From Mobula hypostoma (Eukaryota): a DNA stretch of 64,000 nucleotides. Made by a program: the position numbers and the translations under genes. Of the stretch, positions 13,344 through 25,058 are shown in pieces. The notes beneath the pieces are model-generated. The model ran no database searches, had not been told where the DNA came from, and was given only the letters and a program-made list of their open reading frames with translations. The stretch is from contig NC_086108.1 of assembly GCF_963921235.1 (NCBI RefSeq), positions 50,408,001 through 50,472,000 of the forward strand. The letters are read 5' to 3'. The first letter of the stretch is position 1. The number at the start of each line of letters is the position of its first letter.

Positions 13344-13649
13344 GTATGGGCATGTGGCCAAGTGGTTAAGGCATTGGACTAGCGACCTGAAGGTTGTGAG
13401 TTCAAGCCCCAGCCAAGGCAACGTGTTGTGTCCTTGAGCAAGGCACTTAATCACACATTGCTCTGCGATGACACCGGTGCCCATGCCCTAATGCCCTTCC
13501 CTTGGACAACACTGATTTCATGGAGAGGGGAGACTTGCAGCATGGGCAACTGCTGGTCTTCCATACAACCTTGCCCAGGCCTGCGCCCTGGAGAGTGAAG
13601 ACTTTCCAGGTGCAGATCCGTAGTCTCAAAAGACTAATGGATGCCTTTT
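13344..13649 (+). mobile_element. Full-length tRNA-derived SINE with a CORE-like central segment
   Basis: Pol III A box TGGCCAAGTGG, B box GAGTTCAAGCC, CORE-like gtgtccttgagcaaggcacttaa, T-rich end. TSD TATGGTAACT (13334-13343 and 13650-13659). Confidence 0.9.
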
Positions 13650-14004
13650 TATGGTAACTAATATGGTTAACAAATATTTAAAAGAGTTTGTGTAAAGGCA
13701 AATTCCATTCATTAATATACTGCTCAGGATTTCAAATGTCATGGCCAATGCCAATAATGAAAGTAACAAGACACCTTGATATTGATCTTGCTGAGAAGGA
13801 TATGAAAGTGATGATAAAAAAAAAAGGTTATGTAAAATACTCAACTTACTGTGAAGGATTTTATGGCCGATCAATCTGCAATGCAGCAACACTATAGCAC
13901 TTCGGCTTTAACTCCACACAAGTTTCTGTATCTCAAGTCATTCACCAAATATTCACATTTCATTGTATATGTCCTTGTCGTACATCGATTTACACAGTTA
14001 TTAA

Positions 14005-14830
14005 CAGTCATACAACTGGTCCACGCCAACCAAAATGCCCCATCCAAGCTAGTTCCATTTGCCAGCATTTGGCCCATAACCTTCTAAACCTTTCCACAGC
14101 ATGTACCTGAACAAATGTCTTTTAAAACCTGTTATTGTACCTGCCTCAACCACTACCCCAGCAGCTGATTCCACAAAGATACCACCTTTAGTGTAAGTAA
14201 AAAATTCACCCTCAAATTCATCTTAAACCTTTCCTATCTCATCTTAAACTTATGCCCTCTAGTGCTGGATACCCCAGCTTTGGGGAAAAAAGACACTGCA
14301 TTCACCCTGTCTATGCCCCCCATTATTACATATCTATAAGATGATTTCTCTGTCTCCTGTACTCTAGGGAATAAGGTCCTAGCCTGTAACCTCTCCCTAC
14401 AACTCGGTCTATCAAATCATGGCAGCATCCTTGTACATCTTCTCTGCAATCTTTCCAGTTTAATAATGTGTAATTCCTTGGCCTACTTACTTGGCTGATC
14501 AAGATCCTCCTGTATTTTTGATAATCTTCTTCATTATCCACTATATAATCTATTTTCATGCCAATTGCAAACTTACCAACCATGCCTTATACATTCTTAT
14601 CCAAATTACATATAATTAACAGACAACTGTGGGCCTAGCACTGAGCCCAGAAGTACACCAAAGGTCATGGGCTTCTAGTCCTACTGACGTCTTCCAGCAC
14701 CCTCTGTTGTCTACCATCAAGCCAATTGCATATCCAATTAGCCAGCTCTCCCTGGATCCCATAAGATCTAACTTTCCAGAGCAGTCTACAATGTGGAACC
14801 TCATCAAAAGCCTTAAGCAAGTCCCTATTT
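14005..14830 (-). mobile_element. Decayed CR1 3' half
   Basis: Peptide remnants PYSLEYRRQRNHLIDM and VGKFAIGMKI, plus CR1 3' tail motifs. Confidence 0.7.
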
Positions 14831-16402
14831 AACTCACATCTTTAGCAAATTCTGGCCAAACAATAGTATGAAAAATGGTCCATTATTGCATTGATACTGT
14901 ACAAATGATTAGACTAGCAAATTTTTGTTGTATTTCTTCATTCCCAGCAAAGGCCTGAAAGATTTTTAATTCCAAGGCATTGTCATTTCAAAAGTCATTA
15001 GCAAAGGTCATCCTGAGCAAGACTATAAACAACAATCTATTCAGTCCAGTCTTGCCTGATCAACAAGAGGTTGAAAAGACCATGTAATATCTAAAATAAC
15101 TGTGTGTACAGATGGCATTCTCTGCAAATATCCCAAGGAATTTCAGTTAAAAAAATACAACTACATTGTTCACATCTGGGAAGAAAAGGAGACAAGCAGA
15201 GCAACATAGAGATGCTGAAATCATGACCACTTTCAAGAGAAGAAATGAATCTAACAGCATTAATTACAGAAACCTAGTATAAATAGTGGAAGAAACACAC
15301 ACTTCACCCTTCCTTTCTGTGGTTCTCAGAGTGGTCTCATAAACCATCAAAACTGCTGTGTAGCAAATTATGCTCAATAGACTGCTAGGGAATATTTGCT
15401 TACGACTGTTGATCAAATGCTCAACTAGAAAGAAACCATCATCATTTCAAATAGTAAAACTATTGTTGAAGGTCTTTTTAGTCCTTTTTTAAAAAAAGTA
15501 CCTCTTACTCTTGATTCAATCTATCTCTGTAACTTGCTTTCTGAATTTTCCCAGAATAATTCACAATCCTCCTTGATCCTTATTTTTTTCTCAGATCTTA
15601 AATCTCATTGTTAGACAGATAGATGCACTGTTTATCCCTTTGCTCACCTTGGTCCCAGAGGTTATGTGCACAGTAGCCGTCAACTCTTGCTTCTAGTAAA
15701 TTATAGGCGAACTATATTTGAGCTAAAGGATGCTGGGAAAAGTCAATGTAATTAGGCATGCTGTAAGACAACTGTGCTCCATGAAAGTCTGCGATATTAT
15801 CACAAAATGGATTCGTGCAAGAGTACCTAAAATACATGATCAGATTCAGAACAGTGTAGATTAACCTGAGTTTTCTTAAAATGTGTGTGATATAAATTAT
15901 ATGAAACATGACCACATCTGTCTAACACTTTGTGTTTAGCTAGTAAGAAATGATATTTCAGCCTAGCACTGTGCTCCTAATTTAAAGTAGTGTCAATATC
16001 ACAATAAAAAAATTACAAGTATTTGGCCTATCTACATGTGTCAGAAAGGTTTTATTGGTCAGGAGGCTCGGTTTAACCCCAAGGCTAAGGCAGACCTATA
16101 GTGTTGTGCTCCAGAAAAGGTGACTGGCATTTGCACTTTGAATGTAGGAAATTTAAAACAATTTTCAAAGCACAATTAATTTATACATGATACGATATTC
16201 TTAAAATTAATAAGAATTGAATAAATTAATTAGTAATAGAACTAACAGTTCATAATAATTCTGCCATTATCAATAAAAGCAAATAATTTATCAAATAGGA
16301 AAATATGTAATTCACACCAATTTTATTAAATTGTAAAGACATTTAAAATAGCTGCCAATTAAAGCTGCATTTCAAAGTCCCACAAGAGGTTTCTGTATTA
16401 AG

Positions 16403-16590
16403 GATTCAAGGATTCAAAGTACATTTATTATCAAAGAATGTATGCAGTATACAACCCTGAGATTCATCTTCCCACAGATAGCCACAAAAACAAAGAACAA
16501 CCATGGAACTAGCCTGTTCAAAGAAAAAAACATCAACTCCACGAGCAAAAAAATCACGTAAACGGCAACGAGAAAAAACAAATAAAAACT
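16403..16590 (-). mobile_element. Isolated Rex1-like LINE 3' tail
   Basis: Similar to 5293-5480 (ttcaaagt..atttatt..caaccctgagattcat). Possible TATTAAG duplication at the flanks. Confidence 0.6.
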
Positions 16591-17387
16591 TATTAAGAAA
16601 AGTTATTATCTCTTTAATTGAAAGCCAGTCTTAAGAAAAAAGTGATTAAATGTATAATATTGTGCATCTACAAGTGAAACTCATTTTTAACCATTAATAT
16701 GTCAAAAATAAAAGAAACCAATATTTGGGAAACCATCTACAGAAACATGCCAGCATGTCTGGTCCTGAAAACTAAAATCACACGTTCCTTCCTGCATCCA
16801 TTGAAATGTAATTTGAGTAGAACCCTGTGTTATTTATTCTACAAGTTTAACTTGCAGTGCAACAGCTGACACAATATTCATTACAGTAGGGAAGAAAGCA
16901 TCATATCAGAGCCATCAGAAATACACAATTTGATTCAATCAGGAGAAAATAGCAGCAGAGGGAAGGTAATGATCAGCAATGAGGTCAGATCCATATTAAA
17001 CCACAGCAATGAAAGGTAATGAAACCATAAGATGGGTCTCGCATCCTTCTGCCAAAGCTACAGCTACATCCAAGGATTTATAATTACCTTATTATGACAA
17101 CCAAATTAATGATCTAAGTACCTTCATCTACTTTCACTCAAACCACAGAGATGGCAGTGCATTAATTTTCTTACCCATTTGTGCACCTCCTGCATTCAAA
17201 TAACTTAAGGCAAGTATATATGAAAAAACAGGAAGTTAAAATTATTTAAGAATTACAGGAAGCTTGACAGATCACTTTAAAATAATAGAAAACAAATTCA
17301 TATTCTCCCAGCAGTGGTTTTTTTAACTGAACTATTCATCACAGACCCTGCTCCTTTGAGCACAAAATTAGATAGATTATCTTTTAC

Positions 17388-17572
17388 CTTAAAAGGTGGG
17401 CTAGAGTCACTTGGTCTGGCAGAAAAATCAAAGGAGATGATGAGGTCAATGGCACGTTGAGGTCGCAATATTAGTGGATAGGGTAGGTTGAAGGTGAGCC
17501 CACTGTCCACCACATGAATCTTCTTACTTTTTACATCAAGTGGCTCATAGATCCTTTCAAACTCATCTGGAT
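17388..17572 (-). CDS. PLA2G4A: cPLA2-alpha exon (185 bp; DPDEFERIYEPLDVKSKKIHVVDSGLTFNLPYPLILRPQRAIDLIISFDFSARPSDSSPPFK)
   Basis: Overlaps ORF 17298..17513. Catalytic Asp549 equivalent in VVDSG. Acceptor gacag, donor gtaaaa. Confidence 0.98.
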
Positions 17573-18499
17573 CTGTCAGGAAAACATGAATTCAGATCAC
17601 ACACAGAACACTCCTCTGACAGTGCCCTCCCCTCTTCTAGATTATGAATTAATATTGCTGAGACACAGGGAGAATCCATTTATTAACAGTTTCTATCAAT
17701 TTTGTGTCATCAAGAACTATGAGCTGTGAAACTATAGGGACATGTGAAATTAATGCATTTATACAATGATCGTCATGACTGAACTAGCTTTGTTTATGTA
17801 GTACAGCTTCACAGTTTGAAGGGGGGTGGGTGGGTTGAATTTGTGAACACAGCCCTTATTCATCCCGTCTCCTCAGAATGTCACAATGTCACAACTGAAA
17901 CTGATAGACTTTGATAGCACAGATGATGGGAGACTGGATGAAGTTGATAGAGCGTTTTAAGTGCAAGGTCGAAAAGGTTCAAGGGCCCAATCCTGTTACT
18001 ACTTTTGTTCCAAACCCTAAGTAACACTCCTCTAAGATGACATTATTCTGTTTAACAGATGACTTTCACAGCAGAGCAAAAATATCTGGAATACGAAATA
18101 AATGTTTGCGCATCAAGATGCATCAAACAGCATGTCAAAAGCCTTATTGTAAAGTGCCTAATCCAATGGTGGAGTACTAGTCCTTGAAGTTCAACTTTCA
18201 TTGAGTTTACCTGGAACAACGTTAACGATAGGATGGTCAAAATGGGAATGGGTTTACATGTGACCAGAAGATTGGTATCTCATTTCTCAAATGAATAGAG
18301 GCATCCTGCAAAATGATGTTCATAGAACAGGGCTGATCACAGATAATACAGAACACTAATAGGATAAAAAAGCAGATCACAGTATTATTCGCTTTATATC
18401 CTGGACTGCGCTTTACACCCAGGTTTGGAGAAAGGTTATCTCGTTTCTGTATATATTATATGGTTATATACATTATGTATATGTATATAGTTAAATGAC

Positions 18500-19137
18500 A
18501 ATAAATTGACTTGACAGTGGAGGAGGAAGTAAAAGGAAGTAAAAAAGGTGTTCCTTGTCCTGTGAAAGCAAAGGAAGTGAAACACATGCTAGAACTGATT
18601 GAAGAGTGAACTACAGGGTTGTGGAGGGAATGGTCTTTTCTGAATGATGGATGGGAGGGCAAAGGAAATCATCTGCCAGTAATGTCTTGCCAGAGCTGGT
18701 AGAAGAACTGGAGAATGATCGGTTCAGTAAAGATGTTGGTGGGAGGGGAGGAGGGCAAAGAATGAGGATGAGGGAAAGCTTAATGGTTCTGTGAAGAACG
18801 GGAAGGAATGAAAGAAATGTGGAAATGTGACAAATGTGGTCAACATCACAGAAGGGCAGTGCTCATTTGAGGACAAAACATAAACTGGAGGCTTTGGTGT
18901 GGAGTGTAGCATAATAGATGAGCTATAGACAGCAAAGCTGGTCAAATGGAGACATGCCCATTCCATTACCTACATCATAGTGGAATTGGTGGACTTAAGG
19001 TAGATATTGGTTAGGAGTTTCCCAGAAACGTAAATACAGAAGTTAGCAAAATATTTGGAAGTGGACTAGCTGAAACTGGAAAGTAAGGGAAGAAGCTGTA
19101 GAGACTTTCTAATTTGGAAATGGTGCTGTTCCAGTCA
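18500..19137 (-). mobile_element. Old Penelope-like RT remnant, split by the RTE (resumes ~22452-22530)
   Basis: Eroded similarity by eye to the PLE RT region at 58010-58500. Confidence 0.5.
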
Positions 19138-22100
19138 GGGCATATGGGGTGGTTGGGTTCTGACTAAATATCAAGAAATGACAATAGCGATTATATAGCT
19201 TCTACCACCCAAGACAACTCTACCTTCACGTAGTTCTTAGGTCTGGGTGCACGCTGTCTCGCCAAAGGAGCTCTGTCTATGGCGAGTGTTTGGCGCCAGA
19301 AAAATAACCAGACCAATGGTGGTGGTGTCACCTAAAATCACTGAAGTCTCCAGCAGCAGGGAGATGGATTCCAGGCTTTGGTAGAGGATTGTTTTTGTAC
19401 AACAACAGCAAAGGCTGGGCGACGTCTAGTGTATGGTTCCCAATCGGGAACACCAGTAGAAGCCAAATGCTCTAGTTAGATGAGCACCGCAGCAACAAAA
19501 GTCAATGGCAAACCACCCGTTGTAATTTCTGCCTAGTCAATCACGGAAAGAAACAAAAGAAGGAAACCAGACAACATTGTGAATGGGGTTGATTCTAATC
19601 AACAGAAGAACACCTCGCTCGGTCGGGATAGTCATGTGCTGCAGGTGACACCAGACCATCATCCAGAGACTGTAAGCAATAGGGAAGGGCGAAGGCTAGC
19701 AACATGGAACATCCGTACACTTTACCAGAAAGGAAAGTTGGACAACACATTAAATGAAATGAAAAGGTTGGAAGTTGATATCTTAGGCCTATCAGAAATT
19801 AGATGGACCGACAGTGGCAAACTCACTAAGAATAGTTCTCTGATAATGTATTCTGGAGATCAACAGCATGTGTATGGAGTTGAAATTATTTTAAACAAAC
19901 AAGTATCAAAATGTCTTATGGGATATTGGGCGATAGCTGACTGACTGCTTTTAGTTAAATTAACCCTTATAACATTAGCATAATCCAAGCCTATGCGCCA
20001 GCAAATGATGTGGATGAAGAGGATATCAACACGTTTTATGAAGACCTCGACAGTGCTTATGAGCAATGTAAATCCCAGGATATAAAAGTAGTTATGGGAG
20101 ATTTTAACTCCAAAGGAAAGGGTTGGTAACATCATGGGACCTTTTGGATTAGGGGAGAAAAATGAAAATGGAGGCAGGTTTACTGATTGGTTTGTCAGAA
20201 ACAACCAAGTGATCACCAATACTTGGTATAAAAACCACCCACGTAGATTGTGTACTTGGATTAGCCCTGGAGATAGAACAAAGAATCAAATAGATTTCAT
20301 TACCATCAATGAATGCTTTAGAAATAGTATCACAAATTCTAAAGCCTACCCAGGAGCAGACTGTGGTTCAGATCACCATCCAGTAATAGCTATCATCAAA
20401 ACAAAATTAAAGAAACTGAAACGTGGAAAAAAGAGAAAGAAGTGTATGTTGGGAGAACTTAAAAAGGATAGCATACTTAAGCAACAATTCAAGACAGCTG
20501 TAGAAGAACAGCTCAACGAAAACTTAACAACACCTATTTGGGACAGATTTAAATATGCTATACAGCAATCAGCAGAGGAGATAATCCCAGTGCAAGAAAT
20601 CCAACACACCAACATCTTGGGTGGATAACCCAAGAAATTCTAGATCTGATGGAACAAAGAAGGTTAGTGAAGAATAATGAAGTGCAATACAGAGAGCTAG
20701 ACAGACAGACCAGACAATTTTGCAAAGGAAGAATGGCTGAATCAAAAATGCAATGAAGTAGAAGGCTATATTAACAACAGCAAAGAAATGCACAAGAAAA
20801 TTAAGGAAATTACTGGTATTAAGGAAACATCCTCTACAGGATGCATAAGATCAGCAGACGGATCCATACTAACAGATCCAGATTAAGTATGTGAGAGGTG
20901 GATTCAGTACATAGAGCAGCTTTTTGAAGACAATAGAGGGGGACCCTCAGATATTAAACACCCTAATTTGGGCCCACCTATTACCAAAGAAGAAATAACT
21001 AAAGCAATGAAAAGCATGAAACATGGTAAAGCCACTGGACCTGATGAAATTTCAGTAGAAATGATACAAGCCCTAGAAAATTTGGGCACAGATATTCTTT
21101 TTGAACTGTTTAATGGAATATATGAGTCTGGTGTATTGCCTGAAGATCTCTTGAAATCAGTATTTATAACTCTGCCAAAAATTCCTGGAACTATTGATTG
21201 TGAAAATTATAGAACAATCAGTCTTATGAGTCACATAATAAAGATTTTGTTGAGAATTGTTCTGTGTCAAATTAAAAACAAGTTAAGACCAGAAACTTCT
21301 AAACTGCAATATGGGTTTATTGAGGATAGAGGAACCAGGAACACAATTTTCATACTACCAATGTTTTCAGAAAGGGCAACTGAATATCAAAATGATGTCT
21401 TTTTATGTTTTATTGATTTCACTAAAGCATTCGACAAAATGCAACATGAAAAATTATTTCAAATTCTCACTAAACTAAACATTGACAGAAGGGACCAACA
21501 ACTGCTTCAAAATTTATATTGGAACCAAATGGCGGCAATAAAAATTAATGATAATATAAGCAGTTGGACTAAAATTCAAAGAGGAGTTAGACAGGAATGC
21601 GTTGCCTAACCGGAATAATTTAATATCTATAGTGAAATGATTCTCAGAGAAATAGAAGACCTAAATGGGATAAATATGCAGACGATACCACCCTAATAGC
21701 AAGTGCTGCAGAAGACCTACAAATCCTCCTAGACAAAGTAGTACAAACAAGTGCAGATTTTGGTCTAACCATCAACCGTAAAAAAAAAACAAATGTATGG
21801 TAATATCAAAACAGCAGGATACTCCCAACTGCCAATTGTACATTGGTAACCAAGAAATTGAACAAAAGACCAGTTTTAATTACTTTGGTAGCTTTATATC
21901 ACAAGATGCTAGAAGTAAAGTAGAAATAAAAAGAAGAACTTCCATTGCCAAAACCAACTTCCAAAAAATTAAAACCATTTTTACCAACAGACACATTTCT
22001 ATGACAACAAGGTTTAGGCTACTAAAATGTTACATCTGGTCAATCTTGCTGTGTGCTTCCGAAACATGGACTATAACACCAGAACTCCAAAGAAACTTAG

Positions 22101-22438
22101 AAACAATAGAAATGTGGTTTCTTAGAAGAATGTTGAAAATATCATACAGAGATAGGGTAACAAATGAGACAGTACTCCAACGTGCCCATACAATAAGATC
22201 TTTAGTGAGAACATTAAATGAGAGGAAACTTAAATTCCTGGGCCGTGTCATCAGAAAGGGAGAAATAGAATGCCTGGGAAACACAGAAGAGAAAGGCAAA
22301 AAAGAAAATATATGGACACTGTGAAAGAACTAACAGATCTAAGTGTGCCAGATATCATTGATGCTGCATGGGATCGTTTGATGTGGAGAGCCATGATCGC
22401 CCAAGCGTGTAACACGCAAAGCACCTGAAGAAAAAGAA
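19138..22438 (+). mobile_element. Apparently full-length RTE-clade LINE (single APE-RT ORF, inactivated by stops and frameshifts)
   Basis: APE motifs LATWNIRTL, ILGLSEIRW, QIDFI, GADCGSDH. RT motifs NYRTISLMSH, FIDFTKAFD, GVRQ, YADD. (GAA)-type tail. 13-bp TSD GCTGTTCCAGTCA (19125-19137 and 22439-22451). Length 3.3 kb. Confidence 0.93.
19172..19325 (+). ncRNA. Candidate HDV-like self-cleaving ribozyme in the RTE 5' UTR
   Basis: P3/L3 TAC-CTTCAC-GTA, GG, P4 TCTGG...CCAGA, J4/2 CCAA, P2 CTACCACC/GGTGGTGG. P1 is only partial. Confidence 0.4.
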
Positions 22439-23336
22439 GCTGTTCCAGTCACAATGAACTGTAAAAAAGTGAGGGGAATGCTCTGCATACCCCAGTGAAA
22501 GCAGGCATAGCTGACCTTTACAGATATAGTTTATTTAAATCCAATGAAGTGGGGTCAGTAGAGGAGTCACAGAATAGTTACAGCTTTTTCATCTTCTATA
22601 CCAATTTAGTTCATCCCATTTCAATCTACTCTCACCATAACCCTACAATCTTTACTCTTCAAATACTAACGATGCTCCTTTTTCAATACTACAAGTGAAA
22701 CTACCTCCACTACTCCCCTGGCAAGGTTAACTACTTGCTGAATTGAAACTCTCAGGTCATTTTGGGTTCATTTGCTGATCACCTTCATTGCACATCTAGT
22801 TGTTGAGACCTCTGTCAATGAGGGCAATTTCTCTCTATCTACTGTACCTATACCCTCCATGATTTTAAATAATTCTATTAGCTGTCCTTGCAAAATCCTT
22901 GTTCCAAATCCTTCCCCAGTGTGTCCATGTCACTCAATTCCCTGATCCCTGGAATCTTTATCATAAATCCTTTTGCACCATTTCCAAAGATTTTGCATCT
23001 TTCACATGGTAAGGCGCCCAAAATTGCTCTAGTAGCATCTGAACCCATGTTTTATAAAGGTTCTTCATGGCTTCCTCACATTATAATCGCTACTCTTAAA
23101 TCCAGAATCCCAAGTGCTTTTTAAAGTAACTTTTTCAACTTGTTATGCGGTCTTCAACATCCAATGCTGTTACACCTTAAATCTCCGTTTACGTGCGTCT
23201 GTTAAAATTATGCCCTTTGTTTATATTGCCACTTCTCATACTTCCAACTAAAGGAAAAGCTTGTTAACTGTAACAAGAATAACTTGTGTAAGGAAGATTT
23301 TATGTCCATTACGCTGGCCAAAAGAGAACTACAAAC

Positions 23337-23591
23337 CTGTGACTGCAGCATCTACTTCATCATCCTCCAGCAGTTCTTGTGGCATCAGGTCACCAAGGGG
23401 AGAAAGTGGAAATGATGTGTTCAGGTTAAGGCCCAGCATAAAGTTGTGCACTTTGCCAGCTCGGCCTTCCCGCGTGTTGAAAAGTGCAGTGTCACTAAAC
23501 AGGGTCTTTACCATCCTCTGTACCCAGCTATCCTGGTTAATCTGCTGACTCTCCTCTTCTGCCTCTGCTGCTTCACTCCCATACCGCTCCT
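23337..23591 (-). CDS. PLA2G4A: cPLA2-alpha exon (255 bp; EERYGSEAAEAEEESQQINQDSWVQRMVKTLFSD...PLSPLGDLMPQELLEDDEVDAAVT)
   Basis: Includes ORF 23329..23514 (LFNTREGRAGKVHNFMLGLNLN). Acceptor gacag, donor gtttgt. Contains the MAPK-site PLSP motif (Ser505 equivalent). Confidence 0.96.
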
Positions 23592-24448
23592 CTGTCGAAA
23601 GGCAAACACGATTCTCTTGAGTATGTTTACTGCAATCTGTTCTTTAGCATTCAATTCACTGCTTTTACGTTGCTTAAAAGAAAGTACTGTGTGTCTCATG
23701 CAATGACTTATTTGCCATTCATGTTACATATTCTGCAAAGTTTCAACTTACGTTGCTGGGATCTGTACCAAGTAATTCTGGTTCAAAGTTGCCTGAGCAA
23801 AGTTAGTAGGTAACCATCCATAATAGTTCCTACAACATAATCATAATTGGTTGAACAATTAACTTGAAACTGAAACACTCTTGGTGAGTTAACTGCTGGC
23901 GAGCAAAGATCATTTGGCAATTTGACTCTTGGTAGTTACTCGTTTGAAGTTGGTGCTAAGAATACAATGTCTGTAAATTGCAAATTAGGTTTCCTAGTCA
24001 TGTATTGAAACCTCAAAGCGAATGCACAATTCTCTCTCCAACATTTCAGGAATGATATGGTTCAAGTTGCTTCCTTATCTACTGATTTAGTGAGCCTGCG
24101 ATATTGAAATGTTTCACTAACTTGAGTATCTCTATCAAGTTTACTACATTCCTCTGAGGTATCAGTTTTCCTCCAGTTCCAGTCTCGAACTTAGCTCGAA
24201 AGTGAATTACTCCATTGGTAGCTGCCAATGCTCCACATATGAATTGAATACTTACATCCTTCATATACATGAGTTAAAATCTTTACATTACATCTCTGTT
24301 CAAATGTGCAATTATAGCAATTTATAATAAATATTATGTACAACAGGTTAGTCAAAATAACATAGAGATACAGTTGCATCAGCATGAATTAAGTAGTCTG
24401 ATGGCCTGGTGAAGAAGCTGTCCCAAAACCTGTGCTGCGGTACTGTTT

Positions 24449-25058
24449 CATAGAAACATAGAAAACCTACAGCACAATACAGGCCTTCCAGCCCTCAAAG
24501 CTGTGCCGAACATGTCCCGACCTTAGAAATTACTAGGCTTACCTATAGCCCTCTATTTTTCTAAGCTCCACGTACCTATCCAAAATCTCTTAAAAGACCT
24601 GATCGTATCCGCCTCCAGCACCGTTGCTGGCAGCCTATTCCACGTACTCACCACTTTCTGCGTAAAAAACTTACCCCTGACATCTCCTCTGTACCTACTC
24701 CCAAGCACCTTAAACCTGTGCCCTCTTGTGGCAGCCATTTCAGCCCTGGGAAAAAGCCACTGACTATCCACATGATCAATGCCCCTCATCATCTGATGCA
24801 CCTCTATCAGGTCACCTCTCATCCTCAATTCGATCCAAGGAGAAAAGGCTGAGATCACTCAACCTGATCTCATAAGGCATGCTCCCCAACCCAGGCAACA
24901 TCCTTGTAAATCTCCTCTGCACCCTTTCTATGGCTTTCACATCCTTCCTGTCATGAGGTGACCAGAACTGAGCACAGTACTCCAAGTGGGGTCTGACCAG
25001 GGTCCTATAAAGCTGCAAAACAACCTCTCGGCTCCTAAATTCAATTCCACAATTAATG
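24449..25058 (-). mobile_element. 5'-truncated CR1 3' fragment
   Basis: Peptides LYRTLVRPHLEYCAQFWSP and RGKFFTQKVVSTWNRLP. Tail atagaaacatagaaa. Confidence 0.9.

Noticed and set aside
13347..13420. Possible tRNA gene (A and B boxes)
   Set aside because: It continues into a SINE body, has a TSD and a second copy of the body, and no clean cloverleaf is evident.
14830..17380. Repeat-poor intronic stretch as conserved enhancer or ncRNA
   Set aside because: There is no sequence-intrinsic evidence; it would need a cross-species alignment.
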